From Parasitella parasitica NRRL 2501 (lineage: Eukaryota > Fungi > Mucoromycota), in NCBI GenBank assembly GCA_025201805.1, contig MU619344.1:39932-103931 (forward strand): a stretch of DNA of 64,000 nt, given 5' to 3'. The notes beneath the pieces are model-generated. The model was given only the letters and a program-made list of their open reading frames with translations. It was not told the DNA's origin and did not search any database. Position numbers and translations under genes: made by a program. This document shows positions 1 to 12,482 of this stretch, piece after piece. Every line of letters starts with the position of its first letter. Position 1 is the first letter of the stretch.

Positions 1-199
1 AAATGTCAGAAACTTAAAATAGATGACAAGCTAGAGAAAATAACATCTATGTGATGGAGAAAACAACACAGTGAGTATTGATTTTGGCGGAAAAACTTCA
101 TCATTGACAGCAGCATAGACGAAAAAAATTACAAATGAAAAACTAACATGTTATAATTGAAAGACATATGTTATAATTCTGATTATAAAAAGACGATTG

Positions 200-372
200 T
201 CTGATGAGACAGAATCAAGATTATGACGCCAGTGGGCTTTTCATTTATAATACATAGCAATGAATAATAAACCGAAGACGATAATGTTTAGGTATGCACG
301 AACGGAACATCTATAAAACAAGGGTAGGCATACACGAATTGTGGTAAATGCAATGTTGGTCCATATGTCTTT
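200..372 (+). pseudogene. Possible decayed C-terminus of a piggyBac-like transposase
   Basis: Reading through frameshifts and stops gives SR-YDASG(L/H)F ... NRRR*C-VC ... TNCGKCNVG, resembling the RYDxxxH motif and C-terminal Cys-rich domain of piggyBac transposases. Confidence 0.35.
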
Positions 373-486
373 CTTCATTCACTGCTGAAATCTTTTCATG
401 CAGTGCTTCCACTCTCAGTCCACAGAATTTTTGAAAATACAGCCCACTTTTTGATGAAATAAAACATACTATATATTTTTGCGGAA

Positions 487-1512
487 TACATTCACCATAA
501 CGATTTGCATTCCAATTCTAGACTCATCCAGTTACCTTAAACTGACATGCATTACATATATACAATACAGTTTTGCGCAGTATAAGATAGAGGCTAGAGA
601 TGGTTCCATTAGAATAGATGTACCGCTATAGATTCATACTTATATGTCGACATGAGCCTTGGAAAATTACTAAATTTAGCACCGTATGTGTTGCAATCAT
701 GCCAAGTAAGTTTGTGCTTCAGATAAGTAATTCAAGTTCCAGATACGCACTACAAGACATCTATGAAACCAGCTACATACAAATTATGTGCTACAGACTT
801 GCACAATATTTAAAACGCTACAGACATCATGCTTCTGACATGCTATAGACACATATCGACCAGATACAGGCTGAAGATGAATACTCAATGATATACGCTC
901 AGACGTATATTAATAATATAAACTAAATAAGGCTATATTAGAAATGCCACACACTTATAGATTGATGATATTAATAGTCTTCCATACGAAGATTATTAAT
1001 ATCAATTCATAAGCGTATATCAATTCTAGTATTAGTCTTATTTAGTCTAGAGTAATAGTATATATCTCAGTGTATATCGCTTGGTATTTATCTTTTCATA
1101 TACCTGTATATGTATATGTAGCATGTCTATAGCATGTCATGAGTATATATATATAACATCGCACATTTTGTACAAGTCTGTAGTACATACTGTATCTGTT
1201 GCCAGTGTCATGGATATAAGTATATGCTTTGTAGAGCGTATCTGGAAATTGAGAATGCACCTCTGAAGCATAGATCTAATATGGCATAAGCTCGTAGCAT
1301 ATGCTAAGTCTAGTAAATGTCTAAGGCTTGTGTCCAGATACAAAAGTATAAGTCTATAGCGTATCCATCCTAATGGTGCCATCTCTAGCCTATACCTTAT
1401 ATAGTATAAATCTGTATTGTAAATCCTATTAATTGTGCACATATGTAGTATATATCAAATTAAGGTCACTGGAGGAATCTAGAAGTGAATTGCGGATAAT
1501 CATAGTGAATGT
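487..1512. repeat. ~1 kb degenerate foldback palindrome centred near 985
   Basis: Nested reverse-complement matches: ttctagactcatccagttaccttaa (~516) / ttaaggtcactggaggaatctagaa (~1460); aggctagagatggttccattag (591) / ctaatggtgccatctctagcct (1370); tgacatgctatagaca (836) / tgtctatagcatgtca (1124); gatattaatagtcttc / gaagattattaatatc around a ~5-nt loop. Confidence 0.85.
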
Positions 1513-1575
1513 GTTTTACAGGGTCCAAATTTAGCAAATTCTGAAAAATGGTTAGATTGTAAATTAAGCCTTTAG

Positions 1576-2032
1576 TGTTGTATCCATATAAAGGCTACAT
1601 AGGTCATATCTAACTTAGTCATAATGCACGGATCATGATATTAATTGTTGGTAATTCTTTTACAAATAAGGAATAAGCTACAAGTTGTAATTGGACCTCT
1701 TGCAAGGTTCCAGGCTTATTCAAAGAATACATCTAGATCAGATCGCGGGATGTCGGTAAGACGTCCTACCCAATCTTCTCTTTGATGTAAAATAGAAAGA
1801 TAGGTCTGTCCTGGAAATGCTGTGGTTTAATAAGGTTTGACACTTCTTGTCAAACATCAGATGTTATGTGGATAAACATTGATTGGGATATATTTTAGTA
1901 TAAATAGAGATCATATCTTATGTCAATAAAAGTCTTCAGTTTTGTATCTGGTTTTATTCAGAAAGTCTTTATTACTTTATACAAATCTTATTTACATAAC
2001 ATTACGCTGCGCCCTTTGACACTGGCACAACA
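1576..2032 (+). mobile_element. Solo LTR, family A, copy 1 (457 bp)
   Basis: TGTTG...CAACA termini; 5-bp TSD TTTAG (1571-1575 / 2033-2037); internal TATAAATA (~1899) followed by AATAAA (~1925); near-identical inverted copy at 4857-5313. Confidence 0.93.
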
Positions 2033-4856
2033 TTTAGGCGAGAAAAGAGGTAATATTTCAGATTTGGTGGCATTTATTGCATCCAAAAATACAGGTATAC
2101 AAAAATGGTTTTTGAGCCCGTGCTATACAGTATCTCAGCTATAGATTCATATCGAGACATACGCAAGGTACCTATTGGAATCAGGTTTTGCTCTTCAATA
2201 GAAAACATGTGTTACACTCAATTACTGCAAAAAAAAGGGCTGTATATTGAATCTCAGCACCGTGTTTCCATTTGACCAAAACCAGTTTCGAGCTTTTTTT
2301 TGTATAGTTCATTGCTAAATATCTCGTAAACGCAATAGTTATATCGGATATGCATACTAAGTGTTTTATTACAAAGAGTAAATTCTACATCTAACCATAT
2401 AAATTACAAAGCTATAGAAACACCTTTTCTTATTATCAATTTTCAAATATTCAAAAAACGCCTTTTTTGATAGTTTTTGAGTAAAATCAAGCATATTTTA
2501 AGCATATTCAGCTATATAAAGTTGACCAAACAAACCTCCATGTCGATACCTACACATTAATATTTTCTTTACAACTGTGGCTTTATTATATTTGCCAAAA
2601 ATCAAAATCTTGTCTCGACCAAAATGGATTTATGATTTTCCGGTCCTATGTTTAGAGGGCCAAAATGAAGCCATTCAAAAGGGTAAAAATCAATTCCGTT
2701 TTTCGAGATTCTCTCGCTCAGAAATTGGTATTTTTTGACAAATCAAAAACCTTTCGGTAGCTATGTTGTAGATCTATTTTTGTATTGCTATATCATATAT
2801 CTTTATATACCATTTATTGCTCTGAAAGTTATGAAAATAAATTAAGCGTCTGCTAAAAACATATGAGAAAATATTTTTTTTCCACCCATTCATTTAAAAA
2901 CTAATACGTCTAGTAGAGAATCAAGTTTCAAAAAGATTTCAGTAATACCTCAAGCCAAAGTGTCTTAGTGATTTGTTGAGAAACTGGAGAACAAAGTTTA
3001 ACGTAAAAAGCCAAAATTGGCTCAAGCTTTTCAAATTCGAGCTTAAATACAACATTTTCAAGACTAGTAGGTGTAAAAAAACGTGCTTTATTACTTTACT
3101 TAAAAACTTGAACTTGGTTTGGTTGCAAAATATGGAACTTGTTATAAGAACATATGCTGTAAAATCTGCTAAATCTGCAAAATCTAGTTTTGGCATTATC
3201 TCGACAGCAAAGATAGATATCGAGAATCGAAAGACGTAGTGATGTACAGTTATCATAGTAGTACTAGCCTGCATTCTTAGTTTGGACCTTAAATCCGTAC
3301 CTAAAAATGACCCTGAAGATCGACTCAAAATCGAAAATTGAAAATCAAATCTGAGGTTTGGGGTCCAAACATAGCAAAATCTGAAAAATGGTCAGAGATG
3401 CATGAAACTCAAGTATGTTGTAGAATTGTCAAAAAAAAGAAGATTTTGGCTGAAGGTTGTGTCCCTATCACTTAATAGTTTGTAAAAATATCAGAAATTG
3501 CATTATAGGCATTTAAGCGGGGAAAAGGTGGTATTTATGATTAAGGGGCATTTATTTAACCAAGCCATAAAGCTACATAAAAATAGCTTTTGAAGTCATA
3601 TTTTACAGCATCTTGGCTATTGATTCATATCAAGACATTACCACATTTCTTAAGGAGTTCATGTTTTGCTCCTCAATTGAAATAGGTGCTTCACTGCTAA
3701 AGGCTAGTATTTGCAGTGGTGAATTCAAGCTCAGAAATATGTTTCGATTGCAACTTGCGCACATCCCAAATTTTCATTGCATGATGCCTCAAGAAATAAG
3801 AAGTATAATATTGCACATGTTTCCTTAATTATTTTTTTCAGTGTTTAAATTTTGCATCAAACGAAAATATAAAGTGTTGTATTAGGCTTTAAAAACACCT
3901 TTTCATATTCCAAATGGCCATCTTTTTGCATTTTTGGAACTTTTTGTTTCGCATTAAATACTAATGCATTGAGTTGACCAAACAATCCACCACATCAAAA
4001 TTTTGATTATATCCATAGTTTTACTATTTTCAATAGTAACTGGAATCTCGTGCTGACTGAAATGAAAATCGCCTCTGGTTTTTTTTTTCTTATAATTGTA
4101 GTGGTGGAATAGATCATGACCTTGATTCTCGAACGTTTTAATAGAATAAAAGTTGAAATAGGCGTTTATTAACACAAAGATTAATTGGATATGCTGGATC
4201 AAAAAAAAGATAATAAAAACCAAAGTTTAACGAGATACGAAAACTTAAAGATACTTTATTTAAGATCGAAATTGCATCTGCTGTTTATACTTTTTACAGC
4301 GACATAAATTTATGGTGACTTATTTAGATCACTAATTGACAAGACTAATTCACAGTGACAATTCACTTGACAGGGTACGATGTAAGCTTATACAACAAGG
4401 GCTACACGTCTTTTATCTGACAGTGCCTTAACCTTTATCCTGTTGCTCAGATCTGTGTTACTTACAGGAATAACCTCTTGATTTGAAACAGAGACTTTAT
4501 TCTCTAGTCTATAATTATGGCAGTGTTATGTCAAAAGTCTGATAAAATAAATCTGTCAAAGAATTACACTTTTATTCATAATACATCTCTCGATGTATTA
4601 TATACACATTCATTACACTAGGGTTCTACTGTCTAGCTGCATAATGTAAATCATGACTACCCATGATTTACTGTAAGACCCTGCTGGGACTGATCTGAGA
4701 TCCTGATGTGAGACCTTGCCATGTTATTGATATAACAAACATGCTAAAATAATAGCCATACACTAAAAGATGAAAATAACGCCACTTTTAATACATTCTA
4801 AAATTTACGATATTCAAATATCGATTATCAACTTTACAATACATTTTAGGTCTAGA

Positions 4857-5313
4857 TGTTGTGCCAGTGTCAAAGGGCGCAGCGTAATGTTATGTAAATA
4901 AGATTTGTATAAAGTAATAAAGACTTTCTGAATAAAACCAGATACAAAACTGAAGACTTTTATTGACATAAGATATGATCTCTATTTATACTAAAATATA
5001 TCCCAATCAATGTTTATCCACATAACATCTGATGTTTGACAAGAAGTGTCAAACCTTATTAAATCACAGCATTTCCAGGACAGACCTATCTTTCTATTTT
5101 ACATTAAAGAGAAGATTGGGTAGGATGTCTTCCCGACATCCCGCGATCTGATCTAGATGTATTCTTTGAATAAGCCTGGAACCTTGCAAGAGGTCCAATT
5201 ACAACTTGTAGCTTATTCCTTATTTGTAAAAGAATTACCAACAATTAATATCATGATCCGTGCATTATGACTAAGTTAGATATGACATATGTAGCCTTTA
5301 TATGGATACAACA
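4857..5313 (-). mobile_element. Solo LTR, family A, copy 2 (457 bp, inverted)
   Basis: Reverse complement of 1576-2032 with about 5 mismatches; TGTTG...CAACA termini; 5-bp TSD CTAGA (4852-4856 / 5314-5318). Confidence 0.93.
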
Positions 5314-7449
5314 CTAGAGTTTTGGAGCCAAATCAAAGCCTGTCTTATGCGCCATAAGTACAGGCATGATCATCGCTATATGAGCATAACTTGATTTCCA
5401 CTGGGCGATGTCTCTATCAGAAGTTATCTTCAAAAACAGTTTTATTTTTCAATATTGATCATGAATATCAGACATTTGCTCATAACTTCGTGGAAAGTGT
5501 AGCAGAAAATTAGCGTTATCTAAAAGACATACTTTTATGGAGAGAAAATTGATATTCACAAAGCTATTTGCAGAAAACGGCGGTTTACTCTGATAAATAT
5601 TTGTAAACATCTGCACCTTTTCGTATAAACCAAAATAGTGTCTGTTTTAAGTTTAAACAGTATTTACATGAGGAAGGCTTGAAAGAAGATGTGAGTTTTT
5701 AATAATATAGGATTAATGCGACCAAGAAAATTTGAAATTTCTTACCCCCATAGTTGAAAAATTGATACTTCACTGAACAAGTCTGAATTTTATGGATTAG
5801 TCCTTGTTTATTAAGATTTTAGAAGATCCTAAATATTACAGATCGAGCTTTAAGCGTATCAGTTCTGGCTAAATGAGATTACACAGTATCCGATTATTGT
5901 ACATTCTCGGATTGACAGTATGTATCAAGTAACGAGTTGAAGCATAGCATTTTCAAGAAATATACGTATTTTGATTACAAATATGCAAAGCTCGAACAAG
6001 AAATTTGATTAAGAAAACTTCTTTTTGCAGTAGTTGGGCTTCCTTACTATATTGCAAATCACTATACACATAAAAAACAGTTTTTTATATACTACATATG
6101 AAACAAAGTTCTGTATATCTATATGGTTTCACAAAAAAATACTTTTGAATATGCTAATGTAGGCTTGATTCATGAAATTGTAGATCCATCTACTCATAGA
6201 CTAGTTCGTTTGGTTTCGTTTTGAAAAGTATGTATCAGTGGTAGAGTTTTAACCAATAACATAGTTGGTGTTCTTCGACACAACAATTGGACTGGGTATA
6301 AAATATCATTTTATACTTCATGTTTATGCAGAAAGCATATACCCAAGAAAGCAATGTAGATTCTTGACAACTGGCGTCTGAAAAAAACAAAAGTAGAGAA
6401 TGAAACAGTGCATGTCTCTATTTATTTAGTACGGAACTAGACCCACTGGGAATAGGAATAAGCCAAGGGGTTTTGGAATGTGGTCGCCGGGTTTGTGATA
6501 TTAGAGTCAAATGCAATAATACCCGGAGCGTCGAAAAACTTAATATAGTAAATAACCGCAAGAACTACTCTTTCAATTTGTAGACTAAAGTTATGTAAGA
6601 CGCTATGCCGTTATTTATTACTTTCTGCTACTCACTTGAGAAGGTCTATTTTATAATGAGGAGGGTAGAATAAGTCAAGTTATGAAGTAAGTATTTGCTG
6701 ATGCAGACGTAGAAACCAATGATTTGATCAACATGTCAGATGTTGGTGAAGTCTATATTGGGCTCAGAGGTTATTATAAACAAATGCAAAGAGATTCCCG
6801 GTATCTTACATTTACTGTTACAATATTACATGTATATAGACCTATTTAAATTCCATGTAGAATATTATGCAGGATCTACATTTTACAAGCAGCATGGGCA
6901 AATTACCGAGCATTTTGCTATCTGATGCAGGAACGTTACGGACATTGTATAAAGAAAAAGAGATGCATGATAAATGCTCAGCATATAATAAATATTTAAG
7001 ATGGTATTGCTACTTTTATTTTTGTATAATACAAGAGCTCGACTTCGAGATAAATACTCAAGTTCAGATCGAGTGAATTGTGAAGAGTTGCTCTACACCA
7101 AGATTAACTATCTGTAGTAGACAAGATATGTTTGGATCAAGTCTTACTACAGCCACAAGTACAACGATTAGAATTAAAGGCTCTATGTCAGGTGTAGAAT
7201 CTACCAACCTCACTATTGAAAAATCTGAAAGGTTAAAACTCTTTGCCTTGAGGAACTAGTTGAGACAACGACACCTGATCATCAACGATCAGGCAAAGGA
7301 TGCATAGTCGATAATATAATACAAACAAAATGTCACAATTTGAGTAACCTTTGCTTTGTTGCTGATAATTTAAAACCCTCATTGCTTTCCTCCCCCCCCC
7401 CTTTTTTTTTTTGCTTTTCTTTTCTGTTTTTGATTTTTACAAGTAAAAA

Positions 7450-10400
7450 ATGTCTGGAAACAACATTAAAGTTGTTTGTCGTTTCCGTCCTCAAAACTCA
7501 CTTGAAAATAGAGAAGGTGGTGTTCCTATTATTTCTATAGATGATGAAGGAACAAATGTTCAACTGAAGGTTGGTTAACTGATCGAATAAAAAAGTGATT
7601 TTCAGGCACCAACACGGGCAACAAATTTCATAGGGGGAAGCCACTTCCAATTTTGCATTTGATAAAGTGTTTGGCATGAATACGCCGCAAAAAGATGTGT
7701 TCGAATATTCTATCAAGAGTATTGTCGATGGTAAGCAGAGACCTTGATTTTACTTCGTAATACTCGTATTAAACCGTTTCGTAGATGTTACTGCTGGTTA
7801 CAATGGTACTGTATTTGCGTATGGTCAAACCGGTTCTGGCAAAACTTTCACCATGATGGTAGGCAAACACTTCCGTCTGCTAGAAAAATACATCACTAAG
7901 ACTAGTATATAGGGTGCTGATATTGAGGATGAAAAGACAAAGGGTATAATTCCCCGTATTATTGAACAAATCTTTACCAGCATCAATGATGCGCCGAGCA
8001 ATATTGAATTCACTGTAAAAGTATCCTACATGGAAATTTACATGGAGAAAGTCAGAGATTTATTCAATCGTAAATATCGTGCCACATTATAACCTTTCAC
8101 ACAGTATTCATACTATTTACACATAGCATCGTCCGATAATCTGGCTATTCACGAGGATAAAACGCGTGGTGTTTATGTCAAAGACTTGTATGAAATTTAC
8201 GTTGCAAACACGGATGAAGTCTATCAGGCTATGAAGAACGGCAGCAGCAACCGCGTGGTTGCTTATACAAGTACGTATACGTACTGACTGAATAATTTGT
8301 TCATCTAATAGCTAAATTCATAACCAGATATGAATGCTGAAAGTTCTCGATCTCATTCCATTGTGGTTATCACCATCACCCAAAAGAACTTGGATACAGG
8401 CGCTGCAAAGAGTGGTAAACTTTATTTGGTCGATTTAGCTGGTTCGGAAAAAGTAAGCTAATGTAGACAACAGTGTACCCGTACATGTTAAACTCACAAT
8501 TTCTTTCATTAGGTTGGTAAAACCGGTGCTTCAGGCCAAACGTTGGAAGAAGCCAAAAAAATCAACAAGTCTCTCACTGCCCTCGGCATGGTCATCAACT
8601 CGCTTACAGACGGAAAATCCAGTCATATTCCGTACCGTGATTCAAAACTAACTCGTATTCTGCAGGAATCTCTTGGTGGTAACTCTCGCACCACTTTGAT
8701 TATCAACTGCTCCCCATCATCATACAATGAAGCTGAAACTATATCTACACTAAGATTTGGCATGAGAGCCAAAAGTATCAAGAACAAAGCCAAGGTCAAT
8801 GCTGATCTTTCGCCTGCCGAACTCAAGGCATTGCTTAAAAAGGTCAAGTCGGAGACAATTACTTTCCAAACCTACATTGCTGCACTTGAAGGTGAAGTTA
8901 CAGTATGGCGTGGCGGCAATTCTCTACCGGAAGATAAATGGGTTTCCATGGACAAAATTACCAAGGGTGACTTTTCTGCGCTCCCTCCTGCATCAAACTT
9001 TAGAGCGTCCTCTGTTGCAGAAGACGCTTCTCGCCCAACGACGCCATCGGTGGTTCTTGAAAAAGACGAGCGTGAGGAGTTGCTGAAGCGTGAAAATGAG
9101 CTGATGGATCAAATTGCAGAGAAGGAGACTGAACTTGCTAACCGTGAAAAGCTGCTGGAATCCTTAAAGGAAGAAATGGGTTACTATAAAGAGCAAGAAG
9201 CTATTGTCACTAAAGAGAATCAACAGATGACATCCGAGTTGAGCGAACTCAGATTGCAGCTCCAGAAAATCTCATATGAAAGCAAAGAAAATGCTATTAC
9301 TGTCGATTCTCTCAAAGAGGCGAACCAAGAGCTCATCGCAGAGCTTGAAGAGCTCAAAAAGAACCTTACAGAGGTCCGCCTCGCCCATAAGGATAACTCT
9401 GACAACGAAAAAGAAAAGAAGAAGGCACAGAAGCTTGCCCAAATTATGTTCAAACTGGACCCATCTGTACGTTTGTTTGTTTATTTGTGCATACACATGT
9501 ATGTAATGTATCATGTTGTCTAACATTTTTTGTTTGTTCCTAGGGTGAGATTAATGAGAAAGAGCGTCAAATTCGTGATTCACTCCTTAAGGTTGAAAGC
9601 GAAGGCCATGGCTCTTTGAGCTTGGAAGAACTCGTCGCTCTCCGTCGTGAGCTTGCAGAGTCCAAAATCTTGCTGGATCAACACACCAAAACTATCAGCG
9701 ATATTACGAACGATAAAGAAGAGCTTGAAAAGAAGAAGCTTGAGCTTGATGCCAAGTTCGGCAACCTAGAGCAAGAATATGAGGAGCTTTTGGACAAGAC
9801 TATCGCTGAAGAAGAAGCTACTGCACAGAAGAATGCAGACATTGAAGAAACAATCTCTACATTAAAGGCATGTAGGCTGATGTGTCGATGTACAGCGCTT
9901 ATTAACATCCCAAAACTCTTTTTATAGGGCAAGTTGGAAACCCAGTATGCAGCCAAAAAAGAATTGCAACAAAAAGAAATTGAAGATCTTCAGAAGGAAA
10001 TCACTGAAAAGAACGAAAATCTTCACAAGCTCACTGCTTCTTTGTCTAATCTCAAAGATGCGAATGAGTTGTTGCAAAATGCTCTTTCTGACCAGCCCGT
10101 TCAAGCTCAAGATGGAGACTTGTCAGAGCGTGAAAAGGAACTGGAGCGCATGCGCAAGAGTATGGCAAAAGAACTAGCCGACTTTGAGACTATGAAGAAG
10201 GTTCTGATGAGAGACTTACAAACTCGCTGCGAGAAGGTGGTCGAGCTTGAAATGTCGCTGGACGAGACTCGCGAGCAGTACAACAATGTCCTGAGAGCAA
10301 GTAACAACAAGGCCCAGCAAAAGAAGATGGCGTTCTTAGAACGCAATCTGGAACAGCTAACCAACGTACAAAAGCAGGTAAGAAAACAATATGATGGCTT

Positions 10401-10798
10401 TCTATTTGTTGTTGAAATGACATATTGACCTTTTATGTGTCGTGTAGCTTGTTGAACAAAACTCTTCGCTAAAGAAGGAGGTCGCTCTCGCTGAGCGTAA
10501 ATTGATTGCTCGTAACGAACGCATCCAGAGCTTGGAAACCCTTTTACAAGATGCTCAAGAAAAACTGATCAACCAAAACCAAAAATTCGAGGCACAACTT
10601 CAAGCTGTTCGCGAACGTCTGGAACAAGCTCGTTCTCAGAAGTCTCAGACTTCAATGGCATTGAACTTTGGTCGCGTCGCTAAACCTCTTCGTGGAGGAG
10701 GAGCTGTTGTTGATAATGGCGAAAGCTCACCAACCTCACCCACTGAAAAGCGTGAAAAGCGAAACTCCTGGATTCCTGGTTTCATGGGCTCCAGATAG
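7450..10798 (+). CDS. KHC: Conventional kinesin heavy chain (kinesin-1, Synkin-like), multi-exon
   Basis: [14 protein letters not shown] start; P-loop GQTGSGKT, switch I NAESSRSH, switch [28 protein letters not shown]; long coiled coil; tail RVAKPLRGG (IAK-type motif); multiple short introns. Confidence 0.97.
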
Positions 10799-11096
10799 AT
10801 TGTCAAACTGTTTTTTTTTACCATAGTATACAAAACCATTATACTCATATATACCAACTAAATACGATGAAATTCCTCCCACTTCTCCCATCCTCTCTCA
10901 AAGCCTTCCCTTGCTGATTTACTTGACAGCCAACGCAAGGAAGCCAACGTCCAAACTATCTCCCAATCTATATAATAAATGACACAATATATATGTAAAT
11001 CCAGAATGTTTTGCACTGAATATATATGGTTTTGAACAAATAGATGGATTGGTCATGAGCTGCCGAAATTTATTGATAATCGAGTATTATATAATA

Positions 11097-12482
11097 TTAC
11101 TTGTTGCTGTCCTCCAGGGATTCTTGTACAATGTCATGCAAGCGATCAACTAATTCAGGCCAGCCAGCCAAAGCTTCCATGACACTATTTAGCCAAGCGA
11201 TGTCATCGGGTTGCTGTCTGCGAGTAGTGCAAATAAGGCAAGCCAAGCTATTACCATCAGCATCCTCTCCATCTGTTTCGGAGCAAGTCTGAAAGCGGGG
11301 TTCGTCCAGCTCTGTTACTGGGCTAGGTGGCATAGCATCTTCCAAGATGGAGTTACGTCTGACTGTCGCTGAAAAGCGACGTGAAGATGGCGCGATGGAT
11401 AGTAATTGTTTGGCTTTACGAAAATAAGCTGCTTGCGTGAGCGGCAATCTTGCTTGGAATTCAGGGTCTTCTCTCAGCTTGATTAGGTCCATATCACAAT
11501 AATTGCGAGAGCCATGACCACTGCGGGTGGGAGTAGATGAGCCTGCACCAACGTCTTTGATTCTGTCGTTCGCGCTTTTCAAGTTGGCAGCATTATCGTC
11601 GTGATCGTCATCGTCATCTTCGCTATCCAATAAATCAGTTAAATCATCACTTTCGTCGTCCTCTTCCCCAGCCTCTACTTGAATGTTTGCTTCGTCTACC
11701 TCGTCAATTTTGGATTCAACAAATGTAGGATGAGGTTCTGATTGCATGGAATGGTAAGATGCGCGGCGTCTTCTACCAGCAGGTGCATTCTGCTGTTGAT
11801 ACTGATGGTAAAATTGATCTTCGCTGGAAAAGACACCTTCTGTCACCTTTGGGGCATCCTCTAATGAGATAGTATCATCATTGTGGTATTCAAGAGCATC
11901 GCCTAGACTCATGCTCGATAACCTTCGGCTTCTGCGTCGTCCAGCTCCGCCTACATTTGCTATTGTAGAGCCAGTACTTTGAGAAGTCAGCTTGTTCGGT
12001 AGTACAAATGATGCTGATGCTGCAGAAGAAGACACTGCCTCTTCATCTTCTTGGTAACCAACGCTCTCTTTAAACTTGGATAAAAATACCGGATTGTGAG
12101 CCAAAAAATGGCTGATTTGGTTCATCCATTGGCGGTCAGGCAATTTATCACGAGGTTTGTACACAACATCCTGGAAACGTTCCCAGGCCTGACTTCCTTG
12201 GGTTTCTGTAATGTAATGCTGCAAGGCTTCGTAGAACTGGGCGTTGCAAACAGCGAGCCCCTTCATTTCTGCAGGCCTGTCCAAGAGAGCAACTAGGACA
12301 TCAGAACTAAGCGGTTGGCCGTCAATGTCAATACTGCCGCTTGATGAAATGGAGCAGTTTCTCAAATCTGATGCCAAATCTTGGCCTAAATACTGCCGCT
12401 GTTCGTCTTCGACTTCTTCACTGATTATATTGCTTGAATTCAACAAGTCGTGAGCGCTTATGTCCATAAAAGCAGAAGACAT
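11097..12482 (-). CDS. Hypothetical 461-aa protein with acidic/Ser-rich middle and several RRxS (PKA-type) sites
   Basis: Intact single-exon ORF with coding-like composition; no family recognised. Confidence 0.8.
   Translation of the reverse strand: MSSAFMDISAHDLLNSSNIISEEVEDEQRQYLGQDLASDLRNCSISSSGSIDIDGQPLSSDVLVALLDRPAEMKGLAVCNAQFYEALQHYITETQGSQAWERFQDVVYKPRDKLPDRQWMNQISHFLAHNPVFLSKFKESVGYQEDEEAVSSSAASASFVLPNKLTSQSTGSTIANVGGAGRRRSRRLSSMSLGDALEYHNDDTISLEDAPKVTEGVFSSEDQFYHQYQQQNAPAGRRRRASYHSMQSEPHPTFVESKIDEVDEANIQVEAGEEDDESDDLTDLLDSEDDDDDHDDNAANLKSANDRIKDVGAGSSTPTRSGHGSRNYCDMDLIKLREDPEFQARLPLTQAAYFRKAKQLLSIAPSSRRFSATVRRNSILEDAMPPSPVTELDEPRFQTCSETDGEDADGNSLACLICTTRRQQPDDIAWLNSVMEALAGWPELVDRLHDIVQESLEDSNK

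Noticed and set aside
4524-4736. TGTTATGTCA...TGATATAACA segment as another solo LTR
   Set aside because: Flanks (GGCAG / AACAT) form no TSD and there is no second copy in the window.
1576-5313. Single DNA transposon with 457-bp terminal inverted repeats
   Set aside because: Each repeat has its own distinct 5-bp TSD and TG...CA ends, no transposase lies between them, and a lone third copy exists; these are independent solo LTRs.
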